From: a virus
Length of the DNA stretch: 64,000 nucleotides
Virus record (IMG/VR): IMGVR_UViG_3300047444_000783
Coordinates: 45,587 to 109,586 of that record
Reading direction: 5' to 3' (one strand)
Shown in pieces: positions 10,484 to 20,763 of the stretch. Below the pieces are notes generated by a model. That model saw only the letters and a list, made by a program, of their open reading frames with translations, had not been told where the DNA came from and did no database searches. The position numbers and the translations under genes are program-made. Each line of letters starts with the position of its first letter. Position 1 is the first letter of the stretch.

Positions 10484-11643
10484 ACGTTATACGAGTCATA
10501 GTCGACGTTAAACCAGTCCTGGCCGCCGCCCGGGCCGACGCGGTACCGTTTGTACTGGTAGACCAACTGCATGATCGCCGTACTATCGTCCTCATTCTTC
10601 ATGAAGTTGATATCCCGCTCCGCTTCCTCGATGTACGCCTTACCGAGCGCCGGGTCGTAATAGATTCCGCCGGCGAGCGCCTTGTGGCCGGGCCAGCGCG
10701 CGGCCTCCGCCTTCGCCAGCTTGATCAGCACGTCCGACCGGATCCCGTTCGGCAGGATATCGAAGTCCTCGGCGAGCGGCGGAAAGGAGCGCACATAGAT
10801 GTAGGGGAAGGCTGCGCTCGAGGTTGGCCGCGGCCACATTTCATAGAGCGGGCTGCCGGCCGGGTCCGTCTCGTGGAAGGCCAAGCGCCATGGCATGCTC
10901 ACGACGTTCCGACGCGGGTCCATCCCGTCGAGTAAGGTCTTGGGCGTCGCGATATCGAACGCGTACTGCCGGTCCTGGTTGACCATCGTCAGTAGTTCTT
11001 TGACGTCCTGGCCGAGCGATATATAGACAAGCGTGACCTCGTAACTGTAACCGGTGAGCGCCGCGTACGGCCACGGTACGTTGATCAGCATCCGCGTATC
11101 CGACGTGAAGCCCGTGCAGGTGACGAACGGAGTTAACGCGTTGATCCTAAACTGTCGGCCGGCCATCGAGCTGCCGCCGACCTGGACTCCCGCCGAGTGA
11201 GTGAGGGTCGTGCGTGCACGGAAACTGCTGGAGTTCAGATCGACCGAGATGACGAACACCGCCTCTTCCCCGGCGTTCCGGCCGTCGAGGACCAGCCATC
11301 GGCCTGGCGCAATCCCGCTCATCGATACCGGCTTGAGGTCGATAACTCCGGTCGTTATCGTGCCCTCCAGTAGCGTCGTGTCCACGACGTCGTTGAACGG
11401 CCACACGGTATTCGTTCCCGTGACTACACTTGAAAGCGGAGTAACTGTAACCAGCCCAGCGGTATACGTATTCGGTACAGGGAGGATGTTGTACTTGACG
11501 AGGCCGGACCAGGCGCGCCGCGCCATGATCATCCGCAGGCTGTCGTTGATATCCCGGCGGGCGAACGACCGGTCGTACAGCGGGAATTTTTGCATGACCG
11601 AGTCGGTCATCTGCTGAAAGTTTTCGTATTGCGGTGTCGGCAT
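10480..11643 (-). CDS. Adaptor / tail tubular A-like protein
   Basis: YEMWPRP motif; position in the neck module. Confidence 0.5.
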   Translation of the reverse strand: MPTPQYENFQQMTDSVMQKFPLYDRSFARRDINDSLRMIMARRAWSGLVKYNILPVPNTYTAGLVTVTPLSSVVTGTNTVWPFNDVVDTTLLEGTITTGVIDLKPVSMSGIAPGRWLVLDGRNAGEEAVFVISVDLNSSSFRARTTLTHSAGVQVGGSSMAGRQFRINALTPFVTCTGFTSDTRMLINVPWPYAALTGYSYEVTLVYISLGQDVKELLTMVNQDRQYAFDIATPKTLLDGMDPRRNVVSMPWRLAFHETDPAGSPLYEMWPRPTSSAAFPYIYVRSFPPLAEDFDILPNGIRSDVLIKLAKAEAARWPGHKALAGGIYYDPALGKAYIEEAERDINFMKNEDDSTAIMQLVYQYKRYRVGPGGGQDWFNVDYDSYNV

Positions 11644-11693
11644 ACCATCTTCATTTTAGAGGGTATGTAAAGGCGGGTCTGGCTAGAGGATGG

Positions 11694-12317
11694 TTACTTT
11701 TGAACGCACTCGCTGTCCGGCAGGCACCAGACTGTCCAGCCATGCTTCTGCGCGAAGCGGCAGAACCGGACGCCCATCGAACGCTCAGTCTCGTCGTAGT
11801 TGAAGATCCACCGGGTATCGTTTAAGGACTGAAGGACTTCGGTCTTGATCAACATGCAGCCGACGGCAACCGCCGCACACTCAAAAACGCCGGTCTTCGG
11901 ATGGTCGTACCAGACCAATTCGCCAATATCTTGATCCGTATCGAGATAGGACTGGATCGCGCCAATGGGATCAGAAATCTTCGGTTCTCGCCAGACCAGC
12001 GGATCACCATTATCCCGGTGAACAAGCGCGCCGACAATCGGCTTATCGCATTCCAGCAGTCTGGCCAGGATATCGCGAGGAGTCGTAATGTCGTCGTCCA
12101 GGAAGAATAGATGCGTGGCCTTTAACTCCAGCGCCTTGCGGATTGCCAGATCTCGAGCACCGCGTATCGCGTGTTTCGGCCCGAGCACGAACGACGCGGT
12201 TAGGTATATGTCATTGTGCTCGTCTTCGTGTATTTCTTTGAGCATCCCGATCCGATTGGAATAAACGTCCGGCTCTATCGCGTGGTAAATCGGTTCGGCG
12301 ATCAGGACTTTATTCAA
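11694..12317 (-). CDS. Glycosyltransferase, GT-A fold (family 2-like)
   Basis: THLFFLDDDI DxD motif; GCMLIK. Confidence 0.8.
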   Translation of the reverse strand: MNKVLIAEPIYHAIEPDVYSNRIGMLKEIHEDEHNDIYLTASFVLGPKHAIRGARDLAIRKALELKATHLFFLDDDITTPRDILARLLECDKPIVGALVHRDNGDPLVWREPKISDPIGAIQSYLDTDQDIGELVWYDHPKTGVFECAAVAVGCMLIKTEVLQSLNDTRWIFNYDETERSMGVRFCRFAQKHGWTVWCLPDSECVQK

Positions 12318-12493
12318 AACTCACTCGCTTTCCAGCATTCGGTGCTGCAATATTCCATCATCCATGCCGCCCACCAGTGGTGGCCGGACTTAAACGGCAG
12401 GCCGCCCCAGTACCAGCGACCGCACGCAATGCAGGGCTGAAACGGGAACCATCCGAAGTAACGCCTGTACCAATATCGCCATCCGGTAATCAT
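12314..12493 (-). CDS. Small Trp/Cys-rich hypothetical protein (59 aa)
   Basis: Not in ORF track. MITGWRYWYRRYFGWFPFQPCIACG...YCSTECWKASEF; overlaps both neighbours in coupled fashion. Confidence 0.6.
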   Translation of the reverse strand: MITGWRYWYRRYFGWFPFQPCIACGRWYWGGLPFKSGHHWWAAWMMEYCSTECWKASEF

Positions 12494-12828
12494 GTGTGTC
12501 GCTCACACGTCCGGCCAGCCACGCACGCGCACGTGCGGAATGTCTCGAGCGTCATCAGCCCGTTGACGAACTTGGCCGCCATCAGCCTCAGCGCCTCGGC
12601 CGGCACTTCGTCCTCATTGAAGACGAGGTTGACCTGGAAGTACGTTCCGTCAGACCGAAGCGCCGCAAGTTTGATGTTCGTCGCGAAGGTCGGCGGATAG
12701 TGCGTCCCATCCTCCATCGTGTGGCCGTACTCGTCGACGGCCGGACCGTACATTTTCAACATGTGCCAGCCGGGCGACTCGACGACCTCCCGGACTTTCG
12801 GATGCAGTTCAGGCTTCTCGGATGACAT
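12490..12828 (-). CDS. Hypothetical protein
   Basis: ORF coupled within the operon. Confidence 0.6.
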   Translation of the reverse strand: MSSEKPELHPKVREVVESPGWHMLKMYGPAVDEYGHTMEDGTHYPPTFATNIKLAALRSDGTYFQVNLVFNEDEVPAEALRLMAAKFVNGLMTLETFRTCACVAGRTCERHT

Positions 12829-13858
12829 TGCAGATCCTTTCTACTTCAGCGTCGGTTAACGCGCTGGAGAGCGGGAGGCATAGGCCGCGCTCGCTGATGG
12901 AACGCGCGGCCCGTCCAGCGAATCCTCTTGGCATTGGGAAGAACGGTCGGCACTCTATATTTTCGCGGTCACACGCATCGATCGCCGCATCCCTATTCGC
13001 AGGTATACCCGCAAATAGCCAAGGTGCACACTCCTCGGTTGGTTCGATGCGCGGATACGTCCAGCGCCCGACTCCCGCATCTCGGTAGCGCTTCAAGATC
13101 TCACGGCGCCGCCTGAGCATCTTCGGCATTCGCTCCAACTGAGCGCACAGCACGGCAGCCTGGAGGTCCGTCATGCGCGCGTTCAGCCCATCCAGTACCG
13201 GCACGTAACTCTTATCGGCGATCCCGTGGTTGACGATCAACCGCATGCGTGTGTACATCTCCTCGCTGTTGCAGAGGATTGCCCCTCCTTCGCCGGCGGT
13301 CACGATTTTATTCGCGTAGAATGAAACGACGGAAACGCTGCAATAGAAACTGCCGGGGTATCCGCTTCCGGCAGGTCGGCTTTCATAAGAACCGCCGAAC
13401 GATTCCGCGGCGTCCTCAATCATCTCGCATCGTACGGACGATCGGAGGTCTAAGTCTGCGGCAACAACTTTCCCGTAGCAAGGCGCGACTACCGCATAGT
13501 CAAACGTGCAGCCTTTCGGCGTATAAGCCTGCCAAGTCGCCGGGTATGCGTCCTGGTGCCAAACATCGCCGCCGGTCAGCCGGATAGCGTTATGGACGGC
13601 CGCGAAGGTCATTGCGGGTGCCGCGACCAGGCGGTGCGGTTTGATGTTCGTATCCAGCAGGGCTACCATCAGCGCCATCGTCCCGCTCGAGCAGCAGATC
13701 GCGTACTTCCGCCCGGTGATTGCCTTCAGGCGCTCCTCCGCCTCGGCGACGAACTTCCCCTGCGTGATCCAGCCGGAGCGCATGACCTCGTTGACGTTCA
13801 GGCGCTCGGCGCGACCGATGTCCGGGCGGGCGATCGGGATGCGCGACTTAGCCGCCAT
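12809..13858 (-). CDS. DegT/DnrJ/EryC1/StrS sugar aminotransferase (perosamine synthase-like)
   Basis: SSGTMAL, IEDAAES, SFYANKIVTAGEGG (PLP lysine), NARMTDLQAA. Confidence 0.95.
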   Translation of the reverse strand: MAAKSRIPIARPDIGRAERLNVNEVMRSGWITQGKFVAEAEERLKAITGRKYAICCSSGTMALMVALLDTNIKPHRLVAAPAMTFAAVHNAIRLTGGDVWHQDAYPATWQAYTPKGCTFDYAVVAPCYGKVVAADLDLRSSVRCEMIEDAAESFGGSYESRPAGSGYPGSFYCSVSVVSFYANKIVTAGEGGAILCNSEEMYTRMRLIVNHGIADKSYVPVLDGLNARMTDLQAAVLCAQLERMPKMLRRRREILKRYRDAGVGRWTYPRIEPTEECAPWLFAGIPANRDAAIDACDRENIECRPFFPMPRGFAGRAARSISERGLCLPLSSALTDAEVERICNVIREA

Positions 13859-14048
13859 ACGTCATCTCCGTGATATCTGGGTCACCTATCGGGATGATCT
13901 GGTTCTCGTCCGGGCAGATAAAGCCGCTGCTCGGCGGGTGGACGATAAACGCCCGTACGCCCCCACCTTCCTTCGGTTCCAGATTTATGCCGACATAGGA
14001 CAGGCATTTCGTACATTGAAATTGCGGGATAACGTAGACGCTGATCAT
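13848..14048 (-). CDS. Small hypothetical protein (CxxC)
   Basis: MISVYVIPQFQCTKC; ATGA overlap with upstream stop. Confidence 0.55.
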   Translation of the reverse strand: MISVYVIPQFQCTKCLSYVGINLEPKEGGGVRAFIVHPPSSGFICPDENQIIPIGDPDITEMTYGG

Positions 14049-15079
14049 ACGCCAATCACCTTCTTCCACCGGTCTCTCAGGACGGACCAGGAATGATCCC
14101 GCTCGACGATGGCGCGGTTGGCCTCCGAGATCGTGCTCATATCGTTCTCGGCACACCAGCGGATCTTTTCCGCCAGATCGTCGATGTCGACCTTGTGCGC
14201 CAGACAGTGCGGATTGACCGTTCCCGCATGCTGGTGTTCGGCGGCCTTCACGCATAGTTGATACCCGGGCGTCCAGAACTCGTTCATCGGCTCGGCATCC
14301 GTTGTGATGACCGGCAGACCGCTAGCCATCCCCTCGAGGCCGACAAGCGAGTGACCGTCGTAATGCGACGGATAGATCAGGACGTCTCCCTCGTCGTAGA
14401 GTTCGGCGCGCGTATCGCGGGACCCGTAATCGATCTTGACGTTCGACGGCAGGTTCCCATCGAACTCCGGACAGATCCGGCTAAAGACTTCCTGGCAGCG
14501 AACAAGCAGCGTCGCGCCTGGGACGTCCGCCTTGATGAATCCGCGGATGGTCTCACGCGTCCCCTTGCGGCCGTTCATTCCGCCGGATCCTGCATTGTGA
14601 ATGAAGATCTTTGCCGGTCCCGATCGCTGGATAAACGGGAACTCGTCCAGGTCGACCGGGTAGGGCAGGAAGATCTTGTTGTCTCGCGGTACCTCCTGGA
14701 ACGCCTTATACGATGGGCAGACATACAGGTCGACGTTCTGATAGGCCGGCAGGTTCGGATTGAACGACTCCCACATGACGATCAGAATCGTCCGCATTCC
14801 CAACTCTTTCGCCGTCTTGAACGTCCGATCGCCGAAACCGGTCTCGATCGAGACCAGCGTGTCGATCTTGTCCGTCGACTGCCAGGCCTCGAGGTCCTGG
14901 GGCGCGATCTCCCACTGCTGCAGGTAGAACTCCTCGCCGTTTGCCCATTCGAGTGAGTACGGCCAGTCCGGACCGTCCGGGATCACGAGTTGACGGTTGA
15001 TCCCCAGTTGCTGACGGAGATCGTGGGCCATCGTGCCCAGCCCGCGCTTGGAAAGATATGAGACGATTCCGACTGTCAT
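14045..15079 (-). CDS. Glycosyltransferase, GT-B (family 4-like)
   Basis: DVLIYPSHYDGHSLVGLEGMASGLPVITTD. Confidence 0.9.
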   Translation of the reverse strand: MTVGIVSYLSKRGLGTMAHDLRQQLGINRQLVIPDGPDWPYSLEWANGEEFYLQQWEIAPQDLEAWQSTDKIDTLVSIETGFGDRTFKTAKELGMRTILIVMWESFNPNLPAYQNVDLYVCPSYKAFQEVPRDNKIFLPYPVDLDEFPFIQRSGPAKIFIHNAGSGGMNGRKGTRETIRGFIKADVPGATLLVRCQEVFSRICPEFDGNLPSNVKIDYGSRDTRAELYDEGDVLIYPSHYDGHSLVGLEGMASGLPVITTDAEPMNEFWTPGYQLCVKAAEHQHAGTVNPHCLAHKVDIDDLAEKIRWCAENDMSTISEANRAIVERDHSWSVLRDRWKKVIGV

Positions 15080-15291
15080 ACGCGCTCAGGCCACGACCAC
15101 TGGCAAGGCCCGGTTCCGAAAACAGCCCAGTCCTGGTGCTGACCTTTAGGTCCAAATACGAAAAGCTGAACCTTGCCTTCTACGGTAGGGTCCAACTCTC
15201 TGATGATTGCCGGCGACGTCGTTGGCGCGTACTTACCGTCCGCGCTGCCGGGGTGATGATAGATCACGATTCGTCCTACGCTTGGTTTCAT
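15076..15291 (-). CDS. Hypothetical phage protein
   Basis: MKPSVGRIVIY...WSWPERV; GGAGG RBS. Confidence 0.75.
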   Translation of the reverse strand: MKPSVGRIVIYHHPGSADGKYAPTTSPAIIRELDPTVEGKVQLFVFGPKGQHQDWAVFGTGPCQWSWPERV

Positions 15292-15390
15292 CGGTCCTCC
15301 GAAAAATAAGGCCGACCGCCGGCCGGCCTAGAATAAGCGTCATAAACAGTACGGAAACCGGCCGCACTCCGGACCGCCTGACTCTAACGT

Positions 15391-16317
15391 TCAGGCTGGA
15401 AATTGTTGCACCTGCAAATCGGCTGGCCACTCGGACGGATCGCCGCCATTCTTATCTTCAAGCGAGACCAGCCGGTAGCAATTCGGTGCGAATTCCATGG
15501 GCCGGGACCCTAGTTGTTTAACAAATACCGGGACGCCGGCCGCACGACACTGACGGACGATCGAGCGCGCCCACCCGATATCAAATACCCGTGCGCCTGG
15601 ACCACTCTCGCCGCCGACGATCACCCATCCGATCGCATTGTCGCTCTTGTCGGAGACCATGCAGCTAGTGTCCTCCGAGCACCATTCGCCGCGTAGCGCG
15701 TCCATCGAATGGCCCATGATCTCGAAGTTCGTGAAATCGACCGGGCCGAGCGCCGGTTCGTAACTGACGAATCGGACGGCCGCAGGCGTCTGTATCAGAC
15801 TCGGGATACGCTCGTTCGCCGTCTTCTGGTCTTCGACGGACGTTCCCAACCAGACGTTCGGCAGATCCGCGCCATAGCCTTCACGCAGTGTGAGGCCGTC
15901 GAGCATCCATTCCTGCAGGATCGCCGCCATTCGCTGTGGCCGTTTCGTCAACACCTGAAACGTATGCCAGTGGGCGCGCGCCATCACGGAAAAGACCGCG
16001 CGGATGAAATCCTCCGGCACGTCCTTATGAAACAGATCCGACTGGCTGTTGACGAAGATGCGCCGCGGCTTCTTCCAATGCAGCGGGATCTCCAGTCGAT
16101 CCTCGAGGGTCCGGACGGCGCCCGTCCAGTTCAGCCGTCCGTTCAGGCTATAGACTAATCCGGAGTACGCACGGTTGACCTTCTCGTTCGGATTGTGGCC
16201 CATCCGCCAGCCGTCGCGGATCGCGTAGCAGTTATCGCAACCGGCGCTCACCTTCTGACAGCCGACGACCGGGTTCCAAGTCGCTGAAGTCCATGAAATA
16301 TTGGAATGCTCAGACAT
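15391..16317 (-). CDS. DUF5131 / Gp37-Gp68 family protein (radical-SAM-like)
   Basis: TWNPVVGCQKVSAGCDNCYA, FVNSQSDLFH, WVIVGGESG. Confidence 0.92.
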   Translation of the reverse strand: MSEHSNISWTSATWNPVVGCQKVSAGCDNCYAIRDGWRMGHNPNEKVNRAYSGLVYSLNGRLNWTGAVRTLEDRLEIPLHWKKPRRIFVNSQSDLFHKDVPEDFIRAVFSVMARAHWHTFQVLTKRPQRMAAILQEWMLDGLTLREGYGADLPNVWLGTSVEDQKTANERIPSLIQTPAAVRFVSYEPALGPVDFTNFEIMGHSMDALRGEWCSEDTSCMVSDKSDNAIGWVIVGGESGPGARVFDIGWARSIVRQCRAAGVPVFVKQLGSRPMEFAPNCYRLVSLEDKNGGDPSEWPADLQVQQFPA

Positions 16318-16725
16318 TTATCTTAAGAACTCCTCCTCAACTTCATCGCCTTCATTCGTCACGGTCTCCGGGAGTTGGTACCCATCCGGCAGGCTGAGCA
16401 GCATCAGCGGCCGAGCATACATCCCCTCGACGGCGGCTTTCATCGCCTCTTCGGTGCACGGGTGGAGGCGGAAGACCGCGCCAGGGCCAACGTACTCGGA
16501 GCGCGCTTCCGTTTTCGGTCGGCGCACCTTCGAACCTTTCGGCCGCCAAACATGGTCCACATACTGTGGTTCCGGTAATTCGTATTCGCGCTCCGGAAGT
16601 TCCGGCGTATCGACTCGGAACAGGCAGGCGGTGCCGAACGTCTCCGTCGTCACGTAGCCGGCCGCTTTCGAATGTCCATAAATCTCCACGATCGCGAAGC
16701 CTTTAAAACTCGACTGTTCGTCCAT
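16318..16725 (-). CDS. Hypothetical phage protein
   Basis: Start moved to the ATG with GGAGGACCG RBS. Confidence 0.7.
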   Translation of the reverse strand: MDEQSSFKGFAIVEIYGHSKAAGYVTTETFGTACLFRVDTPELPEREYELPEPQYVDHVWRPKGSKVRRPKTEARSEYVGPGAVFRLHPCTEEAMKAAVEGMYARPLMLLSLPDGYQLPETVTNEGDEVEEEFLR

Positions 16726-16733
16726 CGGTCCTC

Positions 16734-17168
16734 CTAGTAAGTCTCCACCCATTTCAACTCTCGCTGCATGTATTCAGGCCTGTCCGGTACCGGTTCGAAC
16801 TCCAGATCGAGCGCGATCGCCTTCGCCGCATCGTTATCCACCTGAATGACGATTAGCCGGTACCGGTTACGGATTGCCAGATCGACGGCGAAGCGACTCA
16901 TGAATCGTCCGATGCCGAGGCCGCGACGGTCGGGCTTCACGCAGACGTAGGCGGTGACACAGTTCTTATCGATCTCGATCAGCGTGCCGTATGCAATGGC
17001 GCCCTGATCGATCCGGGCCACCCATTCGCTTATGTGCTCCAACCACCAAGAGTCAGTCTCGCCAATCGAGGCCATGATCTCTCTACGTTCTATCGTCTCC
17101 AGTAGCCGGTCGGTCACAACCACCAGATCGTTCTCGATCTGCATGGTCCCCAACTGTCGGCCGGTCAT
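16734..17168 (-). CDS. GNAT N-acetyltransferase
   Basis: VKPDRRGLGIGR acetyl-CoA motif A. Confidence 0.8.
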   Translation of the reverse strand: MTGRQLGTMQIENDLVVVTDRLLETIERREIMASIGETDSWWLEHISEWVARIDQGAIAYGTLIEIDKNCVTAYVCVKPDRRGLGIGRFMSRFAVDLAIRNRYRLIVIQVDNDAAKAIALDLEFEPVPDRPEYMQRELKWVETY

Positions 17169-17674
17169 GCGGGCCTCCTCGCAATGATGATTGCGCACAC
17201 GTGTAGCCGCCGCTTCTCCAGGATCTCGAGGCCGAGGAGTTCCAGTACGTATGCCAGTTCGTCCATGTCGAATACCTGATAATGATGGTCCAAGGTGTTT
17301 GTTGATTCGCCGAAGAGTACACGGTTTAACGTTCGGAAGTCGATATCGCGGGCGCAGTAGCGGTCGATAATCGCGTGGATATCCGGCACCTGGATCCGGA
17401 TTCGCCCGCCAGGCGCAAGGTATTTAATCCACAGCTTAAGCGCGTCATGCCATCGAGTCAGGGCGCTCTCCCGATACGGAACGTGCTCCAGAATGTCGTT
17501 CGCTTCAATCTCATCGACGGTCCCGAACTCGACGCCCGGGAATGGGAACTCAACACTCCCGACGATATCAGGATGGACGTCCGCGTCGTAATCAACGTTA
17601 ATCCAGCGGATGGATGCGGTTGTCGGCCGGACGTCCCGCCCGCAGCCAAGATTGAGGCCAAGTTTTTGACTCAT
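17165..17674 (-). CDS. SAM-dependent methyltransferase (type 11-like)
   Basis: LNLGCG, DILEHV, LAPGGRIRIQVPD. Confidence 0.88.
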   Translation of the reverse strand: MSQKLGLNLGCGRDVRPTTASIRWINVDYDADVHPDIVGSVEFPFPGVEFGTVDEIEANDILEHVPYRESALTRWHDALKLWIKYLAPGGRIRIQVPDIHAIIDRYCARDIDFRTLNRVLFGESTNTLDHHYQVFDMDELAYVLELLGLEILEKRRLHVCAIIIARRPA

Positions 17675-17877
17675 CGGGATTGCCTTCCGTATTTAAACGC
17701 CGGCGGCCCGGTCGCGATCGTTCGCCCGGAGTCCGTGTTGCCGAGGTCCGCTTCTCGCGGCTTCTTCTTGCGCCCACGCGTTTCAGGCTTGCCTTTTTCT
17801 TTGCGGTCCAGAATTCTGGAGAACGCGCCTTCAAAGCCGACGCTACGCTTCATGCTTAAACCAACCTTACGTTTCAT
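17671..17877 (-). CDS. Small basic hypothetical protein
   Basis: Overlaps both neighbours. Confidence 0.45.
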   Translation of the reverse strand: MKRKVGLSMKRSVGFEGAFSRILDRKEKGKPETRGRKKKPREADLGNTDSGRTIATGPPAFKYGRQSR

Positions 17878-19370
17878 ACGTTTTTCAACTTCCAGTCAAT
17901 GCGCGCGAAATCTTCCTCGAGGAAGAGAATGCGTCCGCCCGGGCGGAGCACGCGCTTCAACTCCGCCTCCACCTTATTTAAGATCGCGGCAAACGAGGAC
18001 AGGCAGGCGATCGCGACCACGAGGTCAAACGCCCCATCTTGGAACGGCAGCGATGTGGCATGCGCTACCAGGAATTCGAGGTCGGGTAGCGATTCACGCG
18101 CCTTATCCACCAACTCTGGTATAAAGTCGGTACCGATGTAGCTTTTCGCAAGACGTGAAATCGGCCAACTCATTCGCCCCCATCCGCAGCCAACCTCAAG
18201 CACGTCCTTATCCCGCGCGTGCTCCTGCAGGATCGACATATGCTCTGCCGTGAATTCGTTGATCCGCGCCTGCGGGGTCGTCAGGAACGTCGACGCGTGA
18301 GCGCCGTGCTGCTTCACCCGCGTAGACCAGAACTCGAATGTCGATCTGGCCTCCAGGCCGGAGGCCTCGGTCCAGACGGATGGCGGCAAACCTTCCTCGC
18401 CGTACATGATCGGATCGCGAATCAGATCGCGGAAAGGCTTCGGCATGCACGATTGCTCAGATCCTAATGTGAATATCGGCTGGTAATGCTGCCTCATGAA
18501 AGTATTGATCGCGTCCAAGCTAAGACCTTTCTTCGGCAACTGCTCGAGTCCGCCGTGATTCTGCACGTACTTACGTACGCCGTCGATTCCGCCGACCGAC
18601 TCCCACCAGGCGTTCCCCTCGTCGCGTACTTTCTTGACCTCCGCGTCGTACTCCGGGTAGTCGTTCGACAGCACCTGATCTTCCTTCAGATTGAGCAACT
18701 TCACCGGAACCTTCGAATACATCGCGAATCGCCAGTCCGAGTACGCCGAGGCTTCCTGAATGTAGGCGCCCCATCCAGAGATCAAGCACCGGTCATCCGG
18801 CCCGGCACCGGGCGCACGCGGGAACTTCTCGAATAGCAGGCCGCGTTCTCTTATCATGGCCATGTTAATCAGGACTCCGGTGCCGAGGCAGGCCGGGTTG
18901 AAGTAGAGCGTATGCTCACCGAACGGATACTTTGGCATCGCCGCGTACCAATCCACAGCCTTTAGCCCGGGAGGGCGCAGGCAAGTGCCACTCACTGCGC
19001 CGATTGGGTTATATTTGCCCATCGTGCTTGTCATCACGTCCATCAGGTCCGCCAGCCAGTTATCCGGCAGGATCGTATCGTTATCACATTTGACAACATA
19101 CGGAGCGCCCGCATGCCTACGGAAGAACCAGTTCATGGCTGGAGCGAGGCCGACGTTTTTCGGACTAAAGTGGATATGCGGGCCTATCGCATTCCGCTGT
19201 TGACGCCAGGAGATTTCCTCCTTTAGCCACTCGACTGTCCCGTCGGTAGATCCGTTGTCCCAGATCACCAATTCGATCGGCAGGCCCGGGCTGTAGCAGA
19301 TAGATTCAAGCGCCTGCTTCGAGTACTCCAGCCGGTTGTAAGTCACAAACAGAACCGGTATCGGATTCAT
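17874..19370 (-). CDS. GT2 glycosyltransferase fused to class I SAM methyltransferase
   Basis: VIWDNGSTDGT and KCDND; C-terminal VLEVGCGWG...LPFQDGAFD...LRPGG. Confidence 0.88.
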   Translation of the reverse strand: MNPIPVLFVTYNRLEYSKQALESICYSPGLPIELVIWDNGSTDGTVEWLKEEISWRQQRNAIGPHIHFSPKNVGLAPAMNWFFRRHAGAPYVVKCDNDTILPDNWLADLMDVMTSTMGKYNPIGAVSGTCLRPPGLKAVDWYAAMPKYPFGEHTLYFNPACLGTGVLINMAMIRERGLLFEKFPRAPGAGPDDRCLISGWGAYIQEASAYSDWRFAMYSKVPVKLLNLKEDQVLSNDYPEYDAEVKKVRDEGNAWWESVGGIDGVRKYVQNHGGLEQLPKKGLSLDAINTFMRQHYQPIFTLGSEQSCMPKPFRDLIRDPIMYGEEGLPPSVWTEASGLEARSTFEFWSTRVKQHGAHASTFLTTPQARINEFTAEHMSILQEHARDKDVLEVGCGWGRMSWPISRLAKSYIGTDFIPELVDKARESLPDLEFLVAHATSLPFQDGAFDLVVAIACLSSFAAILNKVEAELKRVLRPGGRILFLEEDFARIDWKLKNV

Positions 19371-20356
19371 TCCCACCCCCACACTGTCTGCTTGATCTCT
19401 CGCGCCTGGACGGCCGCGGCCGGAAGATCGTACTGACTGACGCGCTTCATCGCCCGGTCACGGCAATCCTTATAGAAGTCGTCATCCCCCAGGAGTTGGC
19501 TAACCAACATGCGGATTCCGTCCGGATCGTATAGATCATCCAAATATAGATCAGGAAATAATTCCCGCTGTATATCCAATTCGACGTTCCCGACGCACGG
19601 GATCCCGAGCGCCGCGAATGCAATCTGGTCCCGGCCGGCAGCCGCCGCCGGCATCGGGTGCACGGCAATGTAGGCGCCGGAGATCGCGGCTAGCCATTCA
19701 TACCAGCCGCTGTGTGGGATTTCCTTTGCGATCCGCGTGTCGCACAGATACGGCATCTCGCGATTCTGCTCCTCGTAGCCGGTCGACCGGTCGTGATGCC
19801 AGAGCGGGTATCCCATGCCTTTACAGGCGAGCAGCCCGGTAAGACCGTTCGCACGGCTGTTGTAACTGGATCCGCAGAGGATCGCTCGCTGCTTCTCCGC
19901 CGGATCGATCGACAGCCTGTGCAGTCCACCCAGGTCCAGACAGGTGCGCCACCGTATGGCCGTCCCTTTGCGGCAAAACTGCCCCCATAGCCGAACATCC
20001 CGCTCGTTGTGCGTCAAGAACAGGTGAACCTTGCCAAGTAGTTCGATGAAATCCCTCTGTTCTTCCCACGACCGACCCATCGGCCACGAGGTCTCGGCTT
20101 CCTGGAAGAGCACGACACGCTTGCCGGCATCGGCTAGACGGTGAGCGACGTCCATCCACCGCGATTCGAAAGACTCTCTGATCTTGAACATTGTGACAAA
20201 GATCGCATCGAACTCCATCAGGCGGTCGTACGCGAGCGGGCTAATATGCTCGGTCGCCCCGAACGCGCGCGCGGCAATCTGATCGTTGCAGTTGGGGCTG
20301 CACATCCGATCGATCGGGGCGGTCGTCAGGCGGACGCTCGTGCTACACCACTTCAT
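19367..20356 (-). CDS. Putative GT-B glycosyltransferase
   Basis: GRDQIAFAALGIPCVG resembles the GT-B donor motif; cluster context. Confidence 0.55.
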   Translation of the reverse strand: MKWCSTSVRLTTAPIDRMCSPNCNDQIAARAFGATEHISPLAYDRLMEFDAIFVTMFKIRESFESRWMDVAHRLADAGKRVVLFQEAETSWPMGRSWEEQRDFIELLGKVHLFLTHNERDVRLWGQFCRKGTAIRWRTCLDLGGLHRLSIDPAEKQRAILCGSSYNSRANGLTGLLACKGMGYPLWHHDRSTGYEEQNREMPYLCDTRIAKEIPHSGWYEWLAAISGAYIAVHPMPAAAAGRDQIAFAALGIPCVGNVELDIQRELFPDLYLDDLYDPDGIRMLVSQLLGDDDFYKDCRDRAMKRVSQYDLPAAAVQAREIKQTVWGWE

Positions 20357-20763
20357 GCTTCTCTCTTTGTGAATTTAGCAGACCGCCACATTTCAGCCGC
20401 GCTCAGCATCTCGCCAACGCCGACCTCCTCCGTGGAGTACGAATACGTCAGCTTGACTTTCACGATTCGCGTCTGGACGCACAACGCATGGAACGGCAGT
20501 TCTCCGGAACTCGGTTCGGACATAAACCAGGTGGCCCGCGCAAGCGCGGCCTCGTAGTTGAGCAACTGGAGTTCATCGGCGATACGGCTATAGGTGAGCG
20601 TCTTGATGCCGATCGGACTCTCCGGGAAATAAACTCGACGCCATTGGCCGTCAAGAATCATGCCGCAGTGGACTTCAGGCGAAATGTAACTAGTGCGGGC
20701 CTCAACAATATAGAGATCCTGCGCCCCAGATGCGGCGCCGTAGGTTTTGCCTTCGTTTGTCAT
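20353..20763 (-). CDS. Hypothetical protein
   Basis: Coupled ORF. Confidence 0.6.
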   Translation of the reverse strand: MTNEGKTYGAASGAQDLYIVEARTSYISPEVHCGMILDGQWRRVYFPESPIGIKTLTYSRIADELQLLNYEAALARATWFMSEPSSGELPFHALCVQTRIVKVKLTYSYSTEEVGVGEMLSAAEMWRSAKFTKREA